From an uncultured archaeon (lineage in GTDB: Archaea; Asgardarchaeota; Lokiarchaeia; Sigyniarchaeales; SOKP01): DNA of 24,520 bases. The notes beneath the pieces are model-generated. The model was not told where the DNA came from and made no database searches. It was given only the letters and a program-made list of their open reading frames with translations. This document shows positions 18,291-24,520 of the stretch, in pieces. Location of the stretch: contig CAYUTF010000048.1 in assembly GCA_964447495.1 (NCBI GenBank), positions 1 through 24,520 of the forward strand. The letters are read 5' to 3'. Positions within the stretch are counted from its first letter, which is position 1; each line of letters opens with the position of its first letter. The translations under genes and the position numbers were made by a program.

Positions 18291-18401
18291 TCATTTAAAT
18301 CGAAATGAAAAGAAGTGCGTGATTTTCTTACAAGTTGTACAAAAGTAATATCCTTCTTTTTCTTTATCAACAATATTTCTACAATTTATGCATACAATCA
18401 T
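18291..18401 (-). CDS. Zinc-finger/zinc-ribbon micro-protein (36 aa)
   Basis: Manual translation MIVCINCRNIVDKEKEGYYFCTTCKKITHFFSFRFK*: CxxC-x13-CxxC, tandem TGA TAA stops, fills an otherwise empty intergenic gap. Confidence 0.6.
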   Translation of the reverse strand: MIVCINCRNIVDKEKEGYYFCTTCKKITHFFSFRFK

Positions 18402-18577
18402 TTAGTTTCATATAGAGTAGATAAGCACACATTATAAACTTTAGATCTATAGAATAAAGTTTGATTATAGTGTAAAGAAATTATAATGCGTATCAAGTGT
18501 AAAGGTAAATTATATATTTTAAAGAATTAAATATAATTCTGAGAGCTTTTTTATATTAATCAACCCGACATACTAAG

Positions 18578-19621
18578 GTGAAATTATTGAAATCTGTGGA
18601 AGTAAAGGGTGAGATTATTGAGATTGAAGATGATTTCTTGGATTTGGGATTATTAGAAATTGATAACATATCTGATATTCTTAATTTCGACCAGATAGAT
18701 GTAAAGCATCTAGAGCTAAGTTCAAATAATATTTCTGAGATAAAAGGATTAGATCATCTAAAACGGTTAAAGATATTAAACTTAGGTAATAATAATATAG
18801 AAAATGTGTCGGGGTTAGATGAATTAGAGAATCTTGAAATATTACATCTCGCTTCAAACCAAATTAAAGAAATTTCAGGTTTAGCAAATCTTACTAATTT
18901 AAAAGAGCTGTATCTACGAGCTAATCAAATTATCAAATTAGAAGGGTTAGAGAAGTTACACTATCTCGAAAAGTTGGATATTTCATGGAATCAAATTACA
19001 GAGATAAGTGGATTAGATTCCTTGAAAAATTTAGAAGTATTATGGATCGCAGGAAATCAACTAAAAGATATAGAAGGTTTAGAGAATTTGACGAAACTGA
19101 AAGTGTTAAACCTTGCAGGAAATGCAATATTGGCTATAAAGGGCTTAGATAAATTGGAAAATCTTAAAGAATTATATCTAAATGATAATAAGATAAGTAT
19201 AGTTGAAAATCTTGGCTCCCTCGATAATCTTGAAACGTTATGGATTACTTCTAATAAAATTAAAGATATAGAGGGTTTAGAAAATTGTAAAAACATTCAA
19301 GTTTTGAACCTGAAAGATAATCAGATTGACGAAATAAAAGGGTTATATTCCTTAACTAATTTAAATAAACTCTTTCTTTCTGGGAATAAGATAAAAGTGA
19401 TAAAAGGTCTTGAAACGTTGCAGCATTTAGAGACATTGGATTTAGGAAATAACAAGATTTCAAAGATTATCGGGTTGGAATCGTTAATGAGCTTAAAAGA
19501 TCTATGGCTCTTTGGAAACAATATAGACCAAACCCTAATTAACGAACTCGGAGGGTTAGATTCTAGTGGATGCGCTTTAGATGCTTTGAAATTTGTTGAA
19601 TATTGTTTAATTAATTTATAA
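18578..19621 (+). CDS. SDS22-class leucine-rich-repeat protein (12 full 22-aa repeats)
   Basis: Repeats of LxxLxLxxNxIxxIxGLxxL, C-terminal cap ending FVEYC. The true start may be TTG 18587, with GGTGA as RBS. Confidence 0.92.
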   Translation: MKLLKSVEVKGEIIEIEDDFLDLGLLEIDNISDILNFDQIDVKHLELSSNNISEIKGLDHLKRLKILNLGNNNIENVSGLDELENLEILHLASNQIKEISGLANLTNLKELYLRANQIIKLEGLEKLHYLEKLDISWNQITEISGLDSLKNLEVLWIAGNQLKDIEGLENLTKLKVLNLAGNAILAIKGLDKLENLKELYLNDNKISIVENLGSLDNLETLWITSNKIKDIEGLENCKNIQVLNLKDNQIDEIKGLYSLTNLNKLFLSGNKIKVIKGLETLQHLETLDLGNNKISKIIGLESLMSLKDLWLFGNNIDQTLINELGGLDSSGCALDALKFVEYCLINL

Positions 19622-19723
19622 GGGATGATTTAAAAAGTATAAAATGTTCTTTTACATGATTTTTTCAAAAATATAAATACCAAATAAAATAATTCATTGT
19701 TGAGGATTCTTAGGTGAGAGAAA

Positions 19724-20983
19724 TTGCTACCCCGACCAAATCCGTATGAGACTCGTAAAAAACAACTTGAGATCGCGGCACATCTCCTTGGATTGCATCC
19801 AAATACAATCGAATATTTAAAGCGAGTAGAAAGAGTTTTAATCGTATCAATACCAATCATTATGGATGATGGTTCACTTGAAGTTTTTGAGGGGTATAGA
19901 GTCCATCATTCAACATTACGTGGTCCAGCGAGAGGTGGGGTTCGTTTTGCTCCTGATCTAAATCTCGATGATGTAAAAGCTTTAGCTTTCTTAATGACCT
20001 TTAGAAATGCGTTATTAGGGCTTCCTCTCGGCGGTTCTAAAGGAGGAGTAAGAGTTGATGTTAAAAAAATCTCAGTAGAGGAATTAGAAAAGCTCACCAG
20101 AAGATATACTGCTGAAGTTTTAAATATTATAGGTCCTGATATAGATATTCTCTCTCCAGATTTGAATACAAACGAACAAACAATGGCCTGGATCATGGAT
20201 GTATATTCGATGCAGAAGGGAAGAAGTGTTCCAGGAGTAGTTACAGGAAAGCCAATGGAAATCGGAGGAACTGTTGGAAGCAATGAAGCGAGCGGAACAG
20301 GAATATATTATATCCTTCAAGCAATATGTGAGAAATATAATTTTGATCTTAAATCCTTCTCTGTATGTATCCAAGGTTTTGGAAAAGTAGGAAGTGTTAT
20401 AGCCAAGTTACTCTATGATTTCGGATGTAAAATAGTTGCAATTACGGAATCTATCGGTGGAATCTACTCTGAACAGGGATTAAATATCGATACACTTTTA
20501 GAATGGAAAAAAAAAGAAGGAAAACCTTTAGAAGAATATAATGAAAACAAATATCAACAGATTAGCAATGAAGAACTATTTAAAATTAAATGCGATATTC
20601 TCATTCCAGCTGCCATAGAAAATCAAATAACCAGTAAAAATGTTCAAAATATAGACTGTAAAATAATTATAGAAGGCGCTGATGGACCAGTTACCAGCAA
20701 AGCTGATAAAATACTTGAAGAAAGAGGTATAATTGTAATACCAGATATTCTTGCTAATAGCGGATCGGCTTGTGTGGCGTATTTTGAATATATTCAAGAT
20801 ATTCATGCCTATTTTTGGACTCTTGAGCGCGTGTATAGAGAAATGAAGCGAATTATGCTTGAGGCATTTGAAGAAGTGTGGAATCTATCACGAAAAAAAA
20901 ATATTTCTCTAAGGAATGCGGCGTATATGATTGCTATTTCAAAAGTGGCAAAAACGCATGAATTAAGAGGGTTATTTCCATAA
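19724..20983 (+). CDS. gdhA: Glu/Leu/Phe/Val dehydrogenase-family protein; glutamate dehydrogenase homologue with altered substrate-binding residues
   Basis: FEGYRVHH, GGSKGG, PDLNT..TMAWIMD, GVVTGKP, IQGFGKVG, DILIPAAIEN, IPDILAN. TTG start after a GGTGAG RBS. Confidence 0.85.
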   Translation: MLPRPNPYETRKKQLEIAAHLLGLHPNTIEYLKRVERVLIVSIPIIMDDGSLEVFEGYRVHHSTLRGPARGGVRFAPDLNLDDVKALAFLMTFRNALLGLPLGGSKGGVRVDVKKISVEELEKLTRRYTAEVLNIIGPDIDILSPDLNTNEQTMAWIMDVYSMQKGRSVPGVVTGKPMEIGGTVGSNEASGTGIYYILQAICEKYNFDLKSFSVCIQGFGKVGSVIAKLLYDFGCKIVAITESIGGIYSEQGLNIDTLLEWKKKEGKPLEEYNENKYQQISNEELFKIKCDILIPAAIENQITSKNVQNIDCKIIIEGADGPVTSKADKILEERGIIVIPDILANSGSACVAYFEYIQDIHAYFWTLERVYREMKRIMLEAFEEVWNLSRKKNISLRNAAYMIAISKVAKTHELRGLFP

Positions 20984-20995
20984 TTAATTTAAAGT

Positions 20996-21766
20996 CTACT
21001 TTAATAAAGTTTTGACTAATTTTTGAACTTTAATATAACTTTCTGACTCTAATGGTAAGTCTATTAGTGGTTTTCCGTTTAAATCAAATTCTATTACCTT
21101 AATATCTTCAGGAATAATACCCATCAAATTGAAATGTAAACTTTCTAATTTCTTTAAGATACTCGAGATATCTCCTTTCACTTTATTAATGATAATTCCC
21201 ATTCTTTTATATTTTGTAAATTTTTCAGCGCTTTTTCTGATCGCTTCTGCGGTATCAATCCCCCGAATAGAGATATCACTAACTATTAAAATTATATCTA
21301 CAGATTGGATTACTAATCTATTTACTATCTCAAGACCTGCCTCGCAATCAATAAGAATAATATCGAAATCTTTTGAGATAGATTCAATTACTTTTCTTAA
21401 AATTGTGTTAGAAGGACAAAAGCACCCGGGTCCTTCAGGTTGACCAATAGAAAATAAGCTGAATTGTTTGCTCTCGACAATTGCATTATATACTTTAAAA
21501 TCGATACTTTCAGCGATATTATCTGCTGAATCTTGTTTATTTAATACAGTATTTACTAAATCAGCTCTCAAATCTTCAATACTTTTTTCTGGAATCAATT
21601 TAACCATTTTACTAAGATGAGGGTATGTTGGATCAGCATCAATTAGAAGTAATTTATAATTATAATCTGTTGAAATAGATTTTGCCATAAGGACTGTTAG
21701 GATTGTTTTTCCTACACCCCCTTTTCCTAGTATTGCTATCGTTAGAGGTCTAATTCTTTTTAGCAT
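20996..21766 (-). CDS. cooC: CooC/AcsF-type nickel-insertion ATPase (CO dehydrogenase maturation)
   Basis: Deviant Walker A GKGGVGKT, IDADP, GPGCFCP (CxC Ni-binding motif), IDCEAGLE, IINKV, IPED. Confidence 0.9.
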   Translation of the reverse strand: MLKRIRPLTIAILGKGGVGKTILTVLMAKSISTDYNYKLLLIDADPTYPHLSKMVKLIPEKSIEDLRADLVNTVLNKQDSADNIAESIDFKVYNAIVESKQFSLFSIGQPEGPGCFCPSNTILRKVIESISKDFDIILIDCEAGLEIVNRLVIQSVDIILIVSDISIRGIDTAEAIRKSAEKFTKYKRMGIIINKVKGDISSILKKLESLHFNLMGIIPEDIKVIEFDLNGKPLIDLPLESESYIKVQKLVKTLLK

Positions 21767-21776
21767 GGTATTGGAT

Positions 21777-22541
21777 CTATTCTTTTTTTTCTCGTGCTGT
21801 TAATACTTTCTTAATTTCATAACATTCTACTTGATATGGACAAATCTCACATCCCCATTCATAATCACAATCAATTCGTTTTTTCCAACTTTCTATCTTC
21901 TTTAACCATTTCTCTTTTAATTTTAAGGTGAATTCAGCAGATATCTTAATAAATTTTTCAATCGAATCAGAATGTGAGCAAATGAAAAGAACTTCTATAG
22001 AATTTATGAAATCTTTAAATTTCTTTTTATATAGATAACATATTGCATTTCCAAAGAATTGGAATGAAAATCCTTTATTTAGTAAATCTGAACTGATTCG
22101 ACACCAAAATCTACGAGGAATTGAGCGGATAGAAAACCCTTCAATACTATTGGATATGAACGTGAAAGAAGACAAATTCTCTAATTCCTTTTCAGGGACT
22201 TCATTAATACCAATTAATATAAAAATGCCAAAGTCAACAGTAAGGTTCTGAAAAGTATTCATTTCTTTGCCAATTAGTGTGATTTTTCCATCTTCGATTA
22301 GCTTCTCTTCTTTTAAAGGATAAATTAATAGAAATGACTTTTTATTTGTCCCACCAAGTTCAAGACCAGTTTCTTCTTGAAGAACAACATCCTTAAATTC
22401 ATTTAATTGAATCTTGATATCAAAATTTCGAAAATATTCGATATCATGATCTGGGTAATGATGAATACTTACATTTTTACCCCTTTCTGCTTCTTCATTG
22501 ATAAAATTTCGGATGTTCCTCAGGATATTTTTATCCATCAT
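21777..22541 (-). CDS. CO dehydrogenase/acetyl-CoA synthase beta-subunit (CdhC)-related protein with C-terminal Cys cluster
   Basis: LQEETGLELGG, IEDGKITLIG and WCRIS..L..KGFSF..FG recall the CdhC domain. C-terminal C-x5-C-x2-C-x5-C. Lies 10 nt upstream of cooC. Confidence 0.5.
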   Translation of the reverse strand: MMDKNILRNIRNFINEEAERGKNVSIHHYPDHDIEYFRNFDIKIQLNEFKDVVLQEETGLELGGTNKKSFLLIYPLKEEKLIEDGKITLIGKEMNTFQNLTVDFGIFILIGINEVPEKELENLSSFTFISNSIEGFSIRSIPRRFWCRISSDLLNKGFSFQFFGNAICYLYKKKFKDFINSIEVLFICSHSDSIEKFIKISAEFTLKLKEKWLKKIESWKKRIDCDYEWGCEICPYQVECYEIKKVLTAREKKE

Positions 22542-22731
22542 ATTCTTTTTTAAAAATAACTTCAGCTTGCAATATTAATCAAAATTATAATAATTTGATT
22601 ATGATTAGAAGAGATATGAAATTTTACGTTATATCATATAGATATAAGAATTTCATAAACGATTAATTATTTATTGATTGAACTCAAAATTAATCTTATA
22701 TTATTATAAATCAAATAAGAATTGACTTATC

Positions 22732-23154
22732 ATGTTATCGATTCAAAAAGGAGAAGATCTTTTGTCTATTTCACTCAATAATATCTTGAGTTATAGAAAA
22801 GAGGAGCAAGATTTTGTGAATCTGGTTTTAGATTGGGATAAAAACATCATAATTGAAGTTCAAGATTTTTATCCTGTAGAAATTATTTTTAAAGGAAACC
22901 AGATTAAGTTTAAAACAAAAGATTTTGATAAAAAAATCCATTTAAGGATAAAGATGGATTTGAAGACCCTATTAGATTTGGCAAATTCAAGGATAGGTCC
23001 GATTTCTGCGGTGTTAAAAGGCAGGTTAAAGATTAAAGGAATAATAAGAATTGGCACATTACTTAAGTTTATGAAAATCGTTTTAAAAACTATGAAAATG
23101 GTCGCAGAGAATCCTAATACTAATTATTTTGAACAGAATAGGAGAACGAGGTGA
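22732..23154 (+). CDS. SCP2 sterol/lipid-binding domain protein
   Basis: C-terminal IKMDLKTLLDLA..IGPISAVLKGRLKIKG..LLKF pattern typical of SCP2. Confidence 0.7.
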   Translation: MLSIQKGEDLLSISLNNILSYRKEEQDFVNLVLDWDKNIIIEVQDFYPVEIIFKGNQIKFKTKDFDKKIHLRIKMDLKTLLDLANSRIGPISAVLKGRLKIKGIIRIGTLLKFMKIVLKTMKMVAENPNTNYFEQNRRTR

Positions 23155-23165
23155 AAAGAGTTTAA

Positions 23166-24520
23166 ATGACTGAAACAAAACAAAGAAATATTTACGAGAA
23201 AGTTAGCAAGGAAGAAGTAGAAGAAACTTTAATAGCAATTTTTGGTTCAGAAAGTGTTACTAAAAAAGCAGTAGATCTTTACCCATACTCTTATGATATG
23301 ACAGAGTGTGAGGCTCATATGCCTGATTTTATAGTACTTCCTGAAAATGTTGATCAATTGGTTAAATTAGTGAATTTCTGTAATACAAATGCTCTTCCTA
23401 TTGTTCCTTATATTTCAGGAAATAATGTTGGAGGTCTTACTATACCTGAAAATGGAGGGATCATTGTTGATTTTGGGAAAAAGATGAATATGATTTTACA
23501 TGTTAATGAAAATATGATGTATGCCCTACTAGAACCAGGAGTTACCTTCGGACAACTACAAAAACATTTGGAGGAAAATTATCCTCATTTACGCTATAGT
23601 TATCCTTTCGCACCTCCCTATGCAGGTGTAGTTGGAAATGCAATTTTAAGTGGGATGAATAATATGTCGTGCAAACTAGGCTCAATGGGAGATTCAATAA
23701 ATGGTTTAGAAGTTATCACTGCTGATGGAACGATAGCGAGAATTGGAAGCTGTTTTTACGGAGAGGATAAATCGGATAAGGATAGTTGGTGGTCTCGATA
23801 TCCAATGCCTGATTTAATGGGTTTATTCATTAATTGGCAAGGGATGACGGGGTTAGTAACAAAATGTGCTGTACAATTATGGCCGAATCCTCCAATAAAG
23901 AAAACTTACTTAGCAGTAGTCTTTGGATTAACTGATATTGCCGCTGTAATGAGAGAAGTAGGAAGAACAGAAGTTGTAGATGACATTTCTGCTGTTAGCA
24001 TAGAAGTTATTAAGATGACTGTTGAGCTCCCTGAACCAATCAAGAAAGAGGGGGAGCCCGATTTTGCAGCACTATTTCCGATATCAGCAAAAACAGAAAA
24101 CCAAATGAGAGCTAAAAAAGAAATCTTAGACCTTACAATTAACAAGTTAAAAGATCAAGGAATTAAAGTAATTTTAGCCGATGTGGACGAATTTTCCAAG
24201 TTATTCAACTTAAGAGTAAGATGTTATCTTGATTTACCTGCTGCATTACTCTCTTTAGTAGAATATTCAGGGTTGACTTGGTTCGGATCTTATGCTCCAA
24301 CTCATAAAATAGAAGAATTGATACCAAAAGTTAATGCATTATTTTTAAAATATAAACTGCCTCCCTTTATTTACATGAAGATTATGAAATATTCCCACTA
24401 TGGAATTTTTCGACCAATAATTCGATATAAGAAATTCCAAGAGGATGAAAAAGTCCATAAGCTCTTAACAGAGATTACAGAAGTATGCATTAAAGAAGGA
24501 TGCATCCCATATAAGACACC
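23166..24520 (+). CDS. FAD-linked oxidase (VAO/PCMH/GlcD family), 3'-truncated by the window edge
   Basis: Manual translation from ATG 23166 (GAGGTGA RBS upstream): YSYDMT..PDFIVLPEN..PIVPYISGNNVGG..GGIIVDFGKKMN..EPGVTFGQL..VVGN..NGLEVITADG..QGMTGLVTK. Absent from the track, presumably because it has no stop in the window. Confidence 0.9.
   Translation, partial: MTETKQRNIYEKVSKEEVEETLIAIFGSESVTKKAVDLYPYSYDMTECEAHMPDFIVLPENVDQLVKLVNFCNTNALPIVPYISGNNVGGLTIPENGGIIVDFGKKMNMILHVNENMMYALLEPGVTFGQLQKHLEENYPHLRYSYPFAPPYAGVVGNAILSGMNNMSCKLGSMGDSINGLEVITADGTIARIGSCFYGEDKSDKDSWWSRYPMPDLMGLFINWQGMTGLVTKCAVQLWPNPPIKKTYLAVVFGLTDIAAVMREVGRTEVVDDISAVSIEVIKMTVELPEPIKKEGEPDFAALFPISAKTENQMRAKKEILDLTINKLKDQGIKVILADVDEFSKLFNLRVRCYLDLPAALLSLVEYSGLTWFGSYAPTHKIEELIPKVNALFLKYKLPPFIYMKIMKYSHYGIFRPIIRYKKFQEDEKVHKLLTEITEVCIKEGCIPYKT

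Noticed and set aside
18700-19520. 66-nt periodicity resembling a CRISPR or DNA tandem array
   Set aside because: Fully explained by 22-aa LRR coding repeats; there are no identical repeats with unique spacers.
19057-24145. Antisense ORFs 19057-19296, 19321-19521, 19630-19860, 19906-20283, 20120-20374, 20576-20806, 21129-21443, 22869-23057 and 23906-24145
   Set aside because: Shadows of the LRR, GDH, CooC, SCP2 and FAD-oxidase genes.

Overview
AT-rich, gene-dense prokaryotic window with GGTGA/AGGAG-type ribosome-binding sites. It is most consistent with an anaerobic archaeon of the Asgard/Lokiarchaeia type; this is an inference from composition, an SDS22-class LRR protein, a putative selenoprotein and CooC. 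The dominant structure is a three-gene module (A-B-C) present in three copies (364-3034, 3622-6301, 12975-15792; A and B are fused in copy 3). Each subunit has 2 TM helices plus a left-handed beta-helix acyltransferase-like domain. Together they rebuild the 6-TM/3-domain C-terminal region of epsilon-poly-L-lysine synthetase (Pls)-type membrane NRPSs, but split into subunits and without A/T domains. Only subunit A keeps the His typical of LbH acyltransferases. A stand-alone GH3/ANL-like adenylating enzyme lies between copies 2 and 3. Two complete genes are missing from the ORF track: a Cys-free peroxiredoxin-like protein with an in-frame TGA at the catalytic position (putative selenoprotein, 7834-8307 minus, with a 3' hairpin) and a 36-aa CxxC-x13-CxxC zinc-finger micro-protein (18291-18401 minus). 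Other genes: partial DUF1295, NimA/PNPOx-like, UvsE, DUF1761, DUF6512, Zn-dependent MDR dehydrogenase, YkgJ, phytoene-desaturase-family oxidoreductase, AlaX, LRR protein, a GDH homologue with a degenerate glutamate pocket, CooC, a CdhC-like fragment, an SCP2 protein and a partial FAD-linked oxidase. No tRNA, rRNA, CRISPR array or transposase was recognised.
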